The position numbers and the translations under genes are program-made. From positions 35,980 through 99,979 of the forward strand of contig JAPSGB010000009.1 of NCBI GenBank assembly GCA_035063585.1: a stretch of 64,000 nucleotides of DNA. Reading direction: 5' to 3'. This document shows, one piece after another, positions 34,283-43,449 of this stretch (positions are counted from its first letter, which is position 1; every line of letters starts with the position of its first letter). The notes below the pieces were generated by a model that saw nothing but the letters and a program-made list of their open reading frames with translations, did not search any database and had not been told where the DNA came from. Source of the DNA: Polyangiaceae bacterium (GTDB taxonomy: Bacteria > Myxococcota_A > Polyangia > Polyangiales > Polyangiaceae).

Positions 34283-35377
34283 ATGAGGAGACTCGTGGCG
34301 TTCGGCCTGGCCGGGGCGTGGCTGTCGCTCGCCGCCGGGTGCGGCTCGTCTGCCGAGAGCCCCGGGTTCGCACCCATCGAGGGCGGCGTATCGAACCTGG
34401 ACGCCGCACCCGAGGCGGCGGAGCCACCCGATGCGAGCCGCGACGCGGCGAGCCCACCGGATGCCGGCGAGCCCGCGGTCGAAGCCCCCGCCGAGCTCGG
34501 CCCGCCGTACCCGATCGTGCTCGCGCACGGCTTCTTCGGCTTCGAAGATTTCGCCGGCGTAGATTTCGCCACCTACTTCTATGAGGTGAAGGACGAGCTC
34601 GCGAAGCAGGGCGAGGCGCACGTCTACACCCCGGCCGTCGATCCGTTCAACGACTCGACGACACGCGGCGCGCAGCTAGCGCGAGCGATCCAAGAGATCC
34701 TCGACCAGACCGGCTACGCGAAGGTCGTCATCATCGGGCACTCGCAAGGGGGCCTCGACGCGCGAGTAGTCGCACACGATCATCCGGACCAGGTCGCGGC
34801 GGTGGTGACTTACGCGACGCCGCATCAGGGCTCGAAGGTCTCGGATCTCGTCCTCGGGCTGGTCTCGGATCCCGGCCTGCAAGGCATCGCAGACTCGCTC
34901 GTGAGGCTGCTCGGCGGGCCCCTCTGGGACCAGGCCGGCAAGGAGACCTCGCTCATCAAGGGCCTCGCGCAGTTCGCGAGCCCCGGCATCGCGCAGTTCA
35001 ACGCAAAGTACCCAGACGCGCCAGGCGTCGCGTACTTCTCCATCGGCGGGCGCACCGACTTGGCGCTCGCGTCGTCGGAGTGCGCGAGCCCGGACGCGCC
35101 ACCGTTCATCAAGGACTTCGAGCGAGACCGCGATCTGGTGGATCTCCTGCTGAAGCCCACCAACACCCTGCTCGACGACGGGTTCTCGCAGACGCCGAAC
35201 GACGGGCTGGTGACCGTCGCCTCGGCGAAGCACGGGACGTTCCTCGGCTGCGTACCGGCCGATCACCTCGATGAGATCGGCCAGCTCTTCGGTGACTCAC
35301 CAGGGCTCGGCAACGACTGGCGCCACAAGCCGTTCTTCGTGTCGCTCGTGAGCTGGCTCCGCGCGCAGGGCTATTGA
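34283..35377 (+). CDS. Secreted triacylglycerol lipase / alpha/beta hydrolase (lipoprotein)
   Basis: Lipobox LSLAAGC. The oxyanion region PIVLAHGFFGF and nucleophile elbow VIIGHSQGG are typical of bacterial family I lipases. Confidence 0.8.
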   Translation: MRRLVAFGLAGAWLSLAAGCGSSAESPGFAPIEGGVSNLDAAPEAAEPPDASRDAASPPDAGEPAVEAPAELGPPYPIVLAHGFFGFEDFAGVDFATYFYEVKDELAKQGEAHVYTPAVDPFNDSTTRGAQLARAIQEILDQTGYAKVVIIGHSQGGLDARVVAHDHPDQVAAVVTYATPHQGSKVSDLVLGLVSDPGLQGIADSLVRLLGGPLWDQAGKETSLIKGLAQFASPGIAQFNAKYPDAPGVAYFSIGGRTDLALASSECASPDAPPFIKDFERDRDLVDLLLKPTNTLLDDGFSQTPNDGLVTVASAKHGTFLGCVPADHLDEIGQLFGDSPGLGNDWRHKPFFVSLVSWLRAQGY

Positions 35378-36579
35378 CGCGCAGTCGAGAGCGCGCCGCG
35401 GGCGAGCGCCTCGAAGTCCGCGCTCGCGGGCAGGCGCCCCTCGGCACGCTCGGGCCGCCCTCCGCCGCGCCCGCCCTCGACGCCGCTCGTGAGCCGCTTC
35501 ACGAACCCTCCGCAATCGAACCCGCTCTCTTTGCCGCGCGCAGCGAGGATCGGGATCCCCTCCGCGGTACCGCCGGCGAGCAGCGCTGCGCTGTCGGGGA
35601 GCGCGCTGGTCACCCGCTCGGCGATGGCGCGGAGCAACTCGGCCGGCGCGCCGTCGAGCCGCAAGACGAGCGCGCGCTCCCCGTTCGCGCGCGCAGCGTC
35701 GACGAGCTCTCGCGCGCTCGCTTCTGCGACACGCGCCTGCACGAGCCCGAGGCTCTCGCGCACCTCGGTGAGGTGGTGACGTAGCCGCTGGACGGCGGCG
35801 GGGACCTCGTCCGGGCCGCAGGTGAGCTCGCGGGCGAGCGCGCGGAGCACGCCGGCCTCGTGGGAGAGCTCCGCGCGCGCGCGGCGCCCGGCGGCGAAGG
35901 AGATCCGCAGCCCGCCCTTATAGCGCTCGACGCCGCTCACGCGCACGAGCCCGACCTCGGCGCTCGAGCCGCAGTGCGTGCCGCCGCACGGCGTCACGTC
36001 GAACTCACCTATTTGCACCACCCGCACCTCGCGCTCGACCTTCGGCGCGCGACGGAGCGGGAGCGCCGCGAGCTCGCCGGGCTCGGGGAACCACGCGCGC
36101 ACCGGGACGGCGTCATCCACCACCGCGTTGGCGAGCGCCTCGGCGCGCGCGAGCTCGGCCTCGGGGAGCCGCGCCGCGTCCACGTCGATGGTGCAGGTCG
36201 TCTCACCGAGTCGCGAGGACACCGTCTCGGCCCGGGCGATCTCGAAGAGCGCGCGCGAGAGGAGGTGCTGGCCAGTGTGGAGCGCCATGTGCACGCGTCG
36301 GCGCTCGGCGTCGATCCGCGCTCGGACGCGTGCCCCGACCGCGGGGAGCTCGCCCTCGACGAGGTGATGCACCGCTCCGTCGCCGTCGAGCTGGACGTCG
36401 TACACTCTGCGTTCGGCAATTTCGCCCCGATCGGCCATTTGACCGCCGCTCTCCGGATAGAAAGCCGTCTCCTCGAGCAGGAGCGATGGCCGCCCCGCAT
36501 GCTCGCCGTGCGCGCACACCCGCGCATCGAAAGAGAGGAGGAGCGGATCGTCATACCAGAGCCGCGCGGCCAGCGTCAT
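35371..36579 (-). CDS. Alanyl-tRNA editing protein AlaX-L (editing domain plus DHHA1)
   Basis: FYPESGGQMAD, the zinc motifs HTGQHLLS and CGGTHC, and a C-terminal DHHA1-like GGGRPE. Confidence 0.87.
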   Translation of the reverse strand: MTLAARLWYDDPLLLSFDARVCAHGEHAGRPSLLLEETAFYPESGGQMADRGEIAERRVYDVQLDGDGAVHHLVEGELPAVGARVRARIDAERRRVHMALHTGQHLLSRALFEIARAETVSSRLGETTCTIDVDAARLPEAELARAEALANAVVDDAVPVRAWFPEPGELAALPLRRAPKVEREVRVVQIGEFDVTPCGGTHCGSSAEVGLVRVSGVERYKGGLRISFAAGRRARAELSHEAGVLRALARELTCGPDEVPAAVQRLRHHLTEVRESLGLVQARVAEASARELVDAARANGERALVLRLDGAPAELLRAIAERVTSALPDSAALLAGGTAEGIPILAARGKESGFDCGGFVKRLTSGVEGGRGGGRPERAEGRLPASADFEALARGALSTARQ

Positions 36580-36638
36580 GCCGGCGTCCTAGCACGGCCC
36601 GAACCGGCCATGGTTCCGCGCCGGACCAACATCAATCT

Positions 36639-37139
36639 TCAATCGTAGCTGATGGCGAGGATCTCGACGTCGATCTCTCCCGCCGGTCGCCGCACGGTGA
36701 CCACGTCGCCGACGCGGCGCTTCATCAGCGCCTGGCCGAGCGGCGAACGGAAGCTCAGCCGGCCCCGCGAAGGATCGGCCTCGTCTGGGCCGACCACCAG
36801 GTAGCGGCTGCGCTTACCGTCCTCGTCTGCGACCTCGACGGTGGCTCCGAAGTACACGACTCCCGGCGTCCGCGCCTCGGCCTCGACGATGACCGCGCTG
36901 TCGAGCTTCCTGGTGATGAAGCGGATCCGGCGATCGAGCTCCCGGAGTCGCTTCTTGCCGTAGATGTACTCGGCGTTCTCCGAGCGGTCTCCTTGCGCGG
37001 CCGCGTCGGACACCTCCTGAACGACGCGCGGGCGCTCCACGCTCGCGAGCTCCCGGAGCTCGGCGGCGAGTCGCTCAGCCCCTTCTCGGGTGAGGTAGCT
37101 CGGGCTCCTGGGCTTGTCCACGAGCCGCGAGCGTATCAT
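36639..37139 (-). CDS. greB: Transcript cleavage factor GreB
   Basis: GDRSENAEYIYGKKRLRELDRRIRFITRK parallels E. coli GreB [28 protein letters not shown]. The C-terminal motif is SPLGQALMKRRVGDVV. Confidence 0.88.
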   Translation of the reverse strand: MIRSRLVDKPRSPSYLTREGAERLAAELRELASVERPRVVQEVSDAAAQGDRSENAEYIYGKKRLRELDRRIRFITRKLDSAVIVEAEARTPGVVYFGATVEVADEDGKRSRYLVVGPDEADPSRGRLSFRSPLGQALMKRRVGDVVTVRRPAGEIDVEILAISYD

Positions 37140-37151
37140 CTTGAACCCGAC

Positions 37152-38477
37152 ATGGTCTCGCGTCAGAAGCGCCGCGCGCGGCTCCTGCTCGCAGGGCTCG
37201 CGGCGCTCGTAGCAGCCTCGGGCGTCGGGCTCCTGCTCGGCGCCGAGCCCCTGGCCCGAGCGCTCCTCGTGAAGGAGGCGCGCGCCCGCGGCGTCGTGCT
37301 CGAGCCGGGCGAGGTGAGCCTCGGCCTCGGCGCGGTCGAGCTCAGCGGAGCGCGCTTCACGCTCGACGGCGTGGGCGGGCTGAGCGGCGCGGTCGAGCGT
37401 CTTCGAGTCGAGCTCACCGGGCTGTCACCGTCCGAGCTGACGCTCGACGGCCTATCGCTCCGCGCCGAAGGGGCTCCCTCGGAGCTCATCGACGAGCTCT
37501 CGAAGTTCTCGGCGCGCTATCGGGGCACGGGTGAGCTACCGCTCACGGCGACGCGGCTCTCGGCGAGCTGGCGGCCGAGCGCGGAGGCCGCGCCGCTCAT
37601 CGAGCTGGGCGGCGGCACCGCCTCGCATCGCTCGCGTCGCTGGGTGGTGGACGCCTCGACGCTCGCCGTCAAACGGCTCGAGGTCGGACCGCTCCACGTC
37701 GAGGGCGGCGGCGACGGGGCCCGTCTCTCGGTTGGGCTCGGGCTCGGGCTGGCTGCCTCCGCTCCACCACCGCTCACCATGAGCGTGGCGCGCTCCTCGG
37801 GCGGAGTGACCGCCGATCTCACCCTCTCGCCGCTCGATCTCTCGAAGCTCGACGGCGCGCTCGGCGCGGCGATCTCCACGCGCGGCGTCCGAGCGAGCGG
37901 CACGCTCCACCTCGAGCGTGAAGCGCCAGGCACCACGACGGGGCGGCTCGCGCTCGAGCTCCGAGGCTTCGTGCCGCCGCACCCGCGCGAGCTCGACGGG
38001 ATCGTGTTCGGCGATCTCACCGAGCTCGAGGTGAGCTTCGCGGTCGACGAGGCGCGGCAGGCGGCGTCGCTCGACCCGGTCCGAGCCAAGGCTGGAGCGT
38101 TCAAGCTCAGTGGGAAGGGCGCGCTCTCGCACGACGCCTCCGACACACGCCTCGACCTCGCGCTTCGAGGCGACCTCCCATGCACCGACCTCGCGCGCTC
38201 CGCGGCCACCTCGGCGCTCGGCAGCGTGGTGGGCGCCTGGGTAGGCCACGCGGCGAAGCAGGCCGTCTCGGGCTCGGTCGGCATCACCTGGCTCATCGCG
38301 GCGAAGGCGAGCGACCTCACCCACCCGGAGGTGCGGACGGCCGTCGGCGTGGGCTGCGGGCTAAAGCCCCTCGCGCTGCCGAAGCTCGATTTGCCGAAGC
38401 TCGATTTGCCGAAGCTCGAGGTGCCCGGGCTACCGAAGCTCCAGGTGCCCGGGCTACCGAGACCCGGGCCGCCCTGA
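37152..38477 (+). CDS. Membrane-anchored hypothetical protein (beta-rich; AsmA-like guess) with C-terminal LPKLD/VPGLPKL repeats
   Basis: N-terminal anchor RRARLLLAGLAALVAASGVGLLLG. Good codon bias throughout. No catalytic motif recognised. The start is taken at ATG 37152; the track ORF extends spuriously to 36330. Confidence 0.65.
   Translation: MVSRQKRRARLLLAGLAALVAASGVGLLLGAEPLARALLVKEARARGVVLEPGEVSLGLGAVELSGARFTLDGVGGLSGAVERLRVELTGLSPSELTLDGLSLRAEGAPSELIDELSKFSARYRGTGELPLTATRLSASWRPSAEAAPLIELGGGTASHRSRRWVVDASTLAVKRLEVGPLHVEGGGDGARLSVGLGLGLAASAPPPLTMSVARSSGGVTADLTLSPLDLSKLDGALGAAISTRGVRASGTLHLEREAPGTTTGRLALELRGFVPPHPRELDGIVFGDLTELEVSFAVDEARQAASLDPVRAKAGAFKLSGKGALSHDASDTRLDLALRGDLPCTDLARSAATSALGSVVGAWVGHAAKQAVSGSVGITWLIAAKASDLTHPEVRTAVGVGCGLKPLALPKLDLPKLDLPKLEVPGLPKLQVPGLPRPGPP
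38376..38468 (+). repeat. Short in-frame tandem repeats: 3 x 15 bp ((c/t)tgccgaagctcga(t/g)), then 2 x 24 bp (gtgcccgggctaccga...)
   Basis: Read directly. They encode LPKLD-LPKLD-LPKLE-VPGLPKLQ-VPGLPRPG at the C-terminus of CDS 37152..38477. Confidence 0.9.
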
Positions 38478-38487
38478 GCCAGACCGG

Positions 38488-41400
38488 TCAGTTCGAGAAG
38501 GTCAGGGTGTACGGCAGGCAGCTGTTCGAGGCACCGGTCGCGATGACCTGCACGTACAAGGTCAGCGTCGAATTGAACGGCGCTTGGAGGAAGCCGGGCC
38601 GACTCGAGTCGGCTGGGCTGCCGAAGCCCCCGCACGTGTTCGCGTAGGTGAAGCCCCACTCGGTGATGTTCTTGGTCGAGGTGCCCGTCTCCCCACCCAC
38701 CGAGCAGGCCATACCCGCGCCGCCGCACGAGCCGAACACGTGCATGGTGAGCGGCGCGCCGCCGTTGGTGAGCTTGATGGTCGGGCCGTAGCCGCAGACG
38801 GGGATCGACGAGAACCTCACCACGTACCAATCCTGATCTCCGGTCGGCACCAGGTTTCCGTTCACTTGCACCGGGGTCACGTCGACCCCGACGGTCCCCG
38901 CGTCCGCGGCGCTCGCGCAGGTGTTGGCGACGCTGTCCGCAGCGCACTCGCAGCCGTCCGCATAGGTGCCGTTCGTGTCGTAGGTGCCGGGCGCGCACTG
39001 GTTGATGGCGCAGTCTGCCGCGGAGCACTGATACGTCGTGACGTTCGGGCGGCCGTCCGCGCGGCAGTCACGGACGCAGCTTCCGCAGTGCGCGACGTCG
39101 TTCGAGATGTTCGTCTCGCAGCCGTTCTGCGGGTCGCCGTCGCAGCTGAGGTGCGACGAGTCACACTGCGGCTTACACTGGCTCCCGGTGCAGCTCGTGC
39201 TGGTCGCGCCGGCCGTGCTGCAGGTCGCCCCGCACGCGCCGCAGTTATTCACGTTGTTCGTGAGGTTGGTCTCGCAGCCATTGTTGCGGCTGGGGTCGCA
39301 ATCGCCGTAACCCGCGGTACATACGGGAGCGCACTGCCCGCTGCCGTTGCAGGGGTTGGTCCCGTGATTTGCCACGCAGACCGCCCCGCAGCCGCCGCAG
39401 TTGTTGGGGTCGGTGTTCTTGTTGATCTCGCAGCCGTTGAGCCCAATTCCATCGCAGTCGAGGTGGCTCCCATCACACACCGGCACGCACGCGCCGTTGA
39501 CGCAGCTCGTGCCGGAGGCGCCCGCCGCGCTGCACACGACGCCGCAGCCGCCGCAGTTGAGCGGATCGCTGAGCAGGTTCGTCTCGCAGCCGTCCGCCGG
39601 GTTGGTCTTCGAGCAGTCCGCGAACCCGGCGGCGCAGGTGGGCGCGCAGAGTCCGCTCGCGCAGGTCCGGGTCGTCACGTTGGCGGTGCCGCAGACGATC
39701 CCGCAGTCGCCGCAGTTGTTGACGTTGTTGGTGATTTGCGTCTCGCAGCCGTCCCCGGAGTTGCCGTTGCAGTCCAGGTAGCCCGCCGCGCAATTGGTCT
39801 GGCACACGCCGTTCGAGCACTGTGGCGTGCCGCCCGCGCTCGAGCACTTGTGCCCGCAGGAGCCGCAGTTGTTGGGGTCGTTCGAGGTCCGGATCTCGCA
39901 GCCGTCGGCGGGATCGGCGGTCGAGCAGTCGCTGTAGCCGGCCGCGCAGGTCGGCTTGCACTGCCCGGCTTGACAGCTCCGCGTCTGCACGTTCGCGGTC
40001 CCGCACGCCGTCCCGCAGCCGCCGCAGTTGTTGACGTCGGCCGTCGTGTCGACGAGGCAACCCGCCTTCGGATCTCCGCTACATACCGCGAACCCGGAGT
40101 TGCAGGTCGGGGCGCAACTCCCGTTCGTGCAGACCACCCCACCATGCGGGTTCTGGCAGGTCGTCGCGCAGTTGCCGCAGTGCTGCGGGTCGGTCTTGAT
40201 GTTGGACTCGCAACCGTTGTTCGGCTGTCCGTCGCAGCTCTGGTGCGAGGCGTCGCAAATCGGCGAGCAGGTGCTCGCGACGCAGCTCGTGCTCCCGTAG
40301 GCGTTCGTACACTTGGTGCCGCACGCCCCGCAGTTGTTGGCGTCGCCGGTCGTCGTCGTCTCGCAGCCGTTGACGAGGTTACCGTCGCAGTCAGCGGCTC
40401 CGTTGACGCAGACCGGCGCGCACTTTCCGGCGCCGCAGCTCGTGGTGCCGTTCAAGTTGGTGCACTTGGTGCCGCACGCGCCGCAATTGTTGGCGTCGTT
40501 CTGCGTGTTCACCTCGCAGCCGTTGACCAGGTTCCCGTCGCAGTTCGCCCCGCCGGCGCACACCGGGACGCAGGCCCCATTGCTGCAACTCGTGCTGCCG
40601 TTCGGGTTGCTGCACGCGACGCCGCAGGCGCCGCAGCTACCGACCGTGGTCTTCAGGTTCGTCTCGCACCCGTTGGTGGGATCGCCGTCGCAGTCGCCCC
40701 ACCCGGCGCTGCAGACCGGCCGGCAGAGCCCCGCGCTGCACGACGTGCTCCCATGGGAGTTCCCGCAGGAGATGCCGCAGGCGCCGCAGTTGTCCGGATC
40801 GGTGGAGATCGGATCTTCACACCCGTTGTTGGCGTTGTCGTCGCAGTTCCCCCAGCCGCTGCTGCAGACGATCTTGCACTTGCTCGCCTGGCAATAGGCG
40901 GCTCCGTTGGTCTTGTCGCACGCGTTGCCGCAAGCGCCGCAGTTGGCGACATCCTGCCCGAGGTCCGACTCGCAGCCCGTCCCGGGGGAATTGTCGCAGT
41001 CCCCATAGCCCGTGACGCACTGGAGGATGGAGCAGTAACCGACCGTGCAGCCCCAGTTATAGACCTTGGTGGCGGCGGGGTTCTTGGTGGCGCACTCGGC
41101 GGCGATGTTCAGCACGTTGTCGGTCGTGCCGTCGCAGTCGTCATCCTTGCCGTTACAGGTCTCCGCCGAGGCCTTGGTGACGACCACGCAAGACGCCTTC
41201 CCGCCGGTGCACTGCGTGGTGCCGTCCTGGCACACCCCGAGCTGGCCGGTGTCGCAGTAGAACCCGTTCAGGCCGTTGTCGAGCTGCCCGTCGCAGTCGT
41301 TGTCCTTGCCGTCGCAGACCTCGGTGGACGGGAACACGGTCTGCGTGCACTCCGACTGGCCGTTACAGGTGGTCTGTCCGGTGAGGCACGGCCCCAGGAG

Positions 41401-42222
41401 TCCGGGCGGGCTGGTCACCGTGCACGCCGCGCCTGCGCCCGCAAACCCGTCGTCGACCGTGCCGTTGCAGTCGTCATCGAGCCCGTTGCAGACCTCGGTC
41501 GAGGACTGAACGTTCTGGCGGCACTCGAGGTTGCCGCTCGCGCACTGGGTCGTGCCGAACGCGCAGACACCTTGCTTTCCCGTCTGGCACTGCTGGCCAG
41601 ACTCAGGGTTGTTCTCGTCGACCGATCCGTTGCAGTTGTCGTCGATGCCGTTGCAGAGCTCGGTCGTCGGTTGGTTCACCGAGACGCAGACGAGCATCCC
41701 ATTGGTGCAGTCGAGCGTCCCCTCGGCGCACGCGCCCTTCTTCCCTTGCACGGTGCACGCGCCGCCGCCGCCCGGGTTGCCCTCATCGATGATCCCGTTG
41801 CAGTTGTCGTCGAGCCCATTGCAGACTTCCGGGATCTCGGCGCATGGCGTGGCGTCCGCGCCGTCGCTCGCGCCGTCGTCCGGCGCGTCCGAGGGCGCGT
41901 CCGTGCTGGCATCGAGCCCGGCCGCGCCGCCGAATCCCGCCAAGCCCGCTGTCCCCGCGGCTCCGCTCGCGCCGCTCACGCCGCCCGCACCGCCGGTGCC
42001 GCCCGCTCCGCCGGTGCCGCCCGTCCCTCCGGCTCCGCTCGAGCCTCCGCCCGTCCCTCCGGCGTCGAGGCCCGCGTCCGCGGCCGCCGCGCCGCCGCTC
42101 CCGTCGTCGGAAGCCTCACCACCGGACGCGCAGCCCGTCGCGCTGGTCGCGCCAGCGACCAGCCAGACCACGGCAGCGCCACAGACGATCCGCGAGAGCC
42201 TTCGAAGAGCGTTCTGCATCAC
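38488..42222 (-). CDS. Giant Cys-rich repeat lipoprotein (MopE-like CNGxDDDCDG modules, 8-Cys CGxCG repeats, C-terminal beta-sandwich-like domain)
   Basis: Lipobox ATSATGC, then a Gly-rich linker (GGTGGGSSGAGGTGGTGGAGG...). Five modules start C(N/D)GxD(D/N)(D/N)C(N/D)G, followed by 13 repeats of ~50-56 aa. A 143-aa non-repeat tail follows (DQDWYVVRF...LTLYVQV...). About 145 Cys by my count. Confidence 0.9.
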   Translation of the reverse strand: MMQNALRRLSRIVCGAAVVWLVAGATSATGCASGGEASDDGSGGAAAADAGLDAGGTGGGSSGAGGTGGTGGAGGTGGAGGVSGASGAAGTAGLAGFGGAAGLDASTDAPSDAPDDGASDGADATPCAEIPEVCNGLDDNCNGIIDEGNPGGGGACTVQGKKGACAEGTLDCTNGMLVCVSVNQPTTELCNGIDDNCNGSVDENNPESGQQCQTGKQGVCAFGTTQCASGNLECRQNVQSSTEVCNGLDDDCNGTVDDGFAGAGAACTVTSPPGLLGPCLTGQTTCNGQSECTQTVFPSTEVCDGKDNDCDGQLDNGLNGFYCDTGQLGVCQDGTTQCTGGKASCVVVTKASAETCNGKDDDCDGTTDNVLNIAAECATKNPAATKVYNWGCTVGYCSILQCVTGYGDCDNSPGTGCESDLGQDVANCGACGNACDKTNGAAYCQASKCKIVCSSGWGNCDDNANNGCEDPISTDPDNCGACGISCGNSHGSTSCSAGLCRPVCSAGWGDCDGDPTNGCETNLKTTVGSCGACGVACSNPNGSTSCSNGACVPVCAGGANCDGNLVNGCEVNTQNDANNCGACGTKCTNLNGTTSCGAGKCAPVCVNGAADCDGNLVNGCETTTTGDANNCGACGTKCTNAYGSTSCVASTCSPICDASHQSCDGQPNNGCESNIKTDPQHCGNCATTCQNPHGGVVCTNGSCAPTCNSGFAVCSGDPKAGCLVDTTADVNNCGGCGTACGTANVQTRSCQAGQCKPTCAAGYSDCSTADPADGCEIRTSNDPNNCGSCGHKCSSAGGTPQCSNGVCQTNCAAGYLDCNGNSGDGCETQITNNVNNCGDCGIVCGTANVTTRTCASGLCAPTCAAGFADCSKTNPADGCETNLLSDPLNCGGCGVVCSAAGASGTSCVNGACVPVCDGSHLDCDGIGLNGCEINKNTDPNNCGGCGAVCVANHGTNPCNGSGQCAPVCTAGYGDCDPSRNNGCETNLTNNVNNCGACGATCSTAGATSTSCTGSQCKPQCDSSHLSCDGDPQNGCETNISNDVAHCGSCVRDCRADGRPNVTTYQCSAADCAINQCAPGTYDTNGTYADGCECAADSVANTCASAADAGTVGVDVTPVQVNGNLVPTGDQDWYVVRFSSIPVCGYGPTIKLTNGGAPLTMHVFGSCGGAGMACSVGGETGTSTKNITEWGFTYANTCGGFGSPADSSRPGFLQAPFNSTLTLYVQVIATGASNSCLPYTLTFSN
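38920..40941 (-). repeat. 13 tandem ~150-168 bp coding repeats (8-Cys unit CGxCGxxC-x8-C-x4-C-x3-C-x6-C-x7-CE)
   Basis: Protein residues 428-1101 were segmented by hand into units of 50-56 aa. Each starts CG(A/G/S/D/N)C and ends ...NGCE(T/V/I)N...(D/N)xxN. The last unit is degenerate. Confidence 0.85.
40942..41844 (-). repeat. Five tandem ~53-72 aa modules carrying the CNGxDDDCDGxxDE/D motif (putative metal-binding / MopE-type repeat)
   Basis: Residues 127-427 contain CNGLDDNCNGIIDEG, CNGIDDNCNGSVDEN, CNGLDDDCNGTVDDG, CDGKDNDCDGQLDNG and CNGKDDDCDGTTDN. Each is followed by 4-6 further Cys. Confidence 0.85.
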
Positions 42223-42405
42223 GAGCTCGCAAGGTGAAGAGATCGATCAACGCAGAGAAGAGCGCGCCCTGCGAGTTCGAGCATCTCACGCGCTCGTCTT
42301 CGCCGTCAACGAGCGCCGGGCCTGCCCCATCGCCGCCGACGCCCGGCGACGACGTAGGTGGCGCACCGCCTTTGTCGGTTGTCGCCGCGCGGACTTCCCG
42401 CCAGC

Positions 42406-43449
42406 ATGCGCGCCATGGCAGTCGTCACGATTCTCGGCGCGGGGATGATGGGCAGCGCGCTCGCGCTGCCGCTCGTCGACCACGGACACGAGGTGCGCTT
42501 GGTCGGCACCCATCTCGACGCGGACATCGTCGAGAACCTCCAGTTACGTCACTTTCACCCCGCCCTGAAGCTCGAGCTCCCGCGAGAACTTCGCGTCTTT
42601 CCCGTCTCCGAGCTCGGGCGGGCGCTGGAGGGCGCGGAGCTCATCGGCGTCGGCGTGAGCTCGCCTGGCGTCCGCTGGGCGGCAGAGCAGCTCCGTCCGT
42701 ACCGACTCGCCGGCCGAGACCTCGTGATGATCACGAAGGGGCTCGACTGGGATGGCGAGACGCTCCGCGCCCTGCCGGACGTGCTCGCCGACGGGCTCGG
42801 CGGAGGGATCGCGCCGGTCGCGGTCGCGGGACCGTGCATCGCCGGCGAGCTCGCGAGGCGGGTCGAGACCTGCGTGGTGCTCACCGGGCGCGACCCGGAC
42901 GCCCTCGCGCGGGTCGCCGCGCGGCTGCGCGCGCCCTATTACCACCCCTTCACGAGCCCTGACCTGCTCGGCGTCGAGGTGTGCGCGGCGCTGAAGAACG
43001 CCTACGCGATGGGCATCGCCTTCGCGCAAGGGCTGCACGAGCGCGGCGGCGGCGCGCCCGGCAGCGTGGCCATGCACAACAGCGAGTCCGCCGTGTTCGC
43101 TCAGGCGGTCGTGGAGATGCAGCGCGTGATCGGCGCCCTCGACGGCGATCCGGCGAGCGCGGTCGGGCTGGCGGGCGTCGGCGATCTCGACGTCACCTGC
43201 AATGGCGGCCGAACTGGGCGCTTCGGGCGCCTCCTCGGCCTCGGACTCGGGCGCGACGCCGCCATCGAGCGGATGGACGGCGCGACGCTCGAGTGCCTCG
43301 ACATCCTGCGGGTGATGCGCGCAGCAGCGCCGTCGCTCGCCGCGCGCGGCGCCGGCGCGCTCCCGCTGCTCGCGCACCTGGCCGAGGTCGCCCTCGACGA
43401 CGCGCCGGTCGAGCTGCCCTTCGCGCGCTTCTTCGGAGCGCTCGGGTGA
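42406..43449 (+). CDS. NAD(P)-dependent glycerol-3-phosphate dehydrogenase family protein (GpsA-like, divergent)
   Basis: Rossmann motif VTILGAGMMGSALALPL. GpsA-type blocks are ITKGL, GPCIAGELA and EVCAALKNAYAMGIA. The start is taken at ATG 42406. Confidence 0.78.
   Translation: MRAMAVVTILGAGMMGSALALPLVDHGHEVRLVGTHLDADIVENLQLRHFHPALKLELPRELRVFPVSELGRALEGAELIGVGVSSPGVRWAAEQLRPYRLAGRDLVMITKGLDWDGETLRALPDVLADGLGGGIAPVAVAGPCIAGELARRVETCVVLTGRDPDALARVAARLRAPYYHPFTSPDLLGVEVCAALKNAYAMGIAFAQGLHERGGGAPGSVAMHNSESAVFAQAVVEMQRVIGALDGDPASAVGLAGVGDLDVTCNGGRTGRFGRLLGLGLGRDAAIERMDGATLECLDILRVMRAAAPSLAARGAGALPLLAHLAEVALDDAPVELPFARFFGALG

Noticed and set aside
36330-37151. 5' extensions of several track ORFs: 36330..38477, 29931..31382, 42981..44978, 55079..55981, 51576..52739, 55978..57159, 28251..29837, 29618..30685
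   Set aside because: In each case the extension overlaps a neighbouring well-supported gene and is Arg/Ala/Pro-rich. Internal starts placed just before signal peptides or conserved N-termini give consistent 1-4 nt gene junctions.
38584-42237. 1217-aa ORF on the + strand, the second-longest in the window
   Set aside because: It is the exact antisense shadow of the Cys-rich repeat gene. Its translation is Arg/Ala/Gly/Val-rich with no motif or repeat logic, whereas the minus-strand frame has a lipobox and a regular Cys pattern. This is typical of stop-poor antisense frames in very GC-rich DNA.
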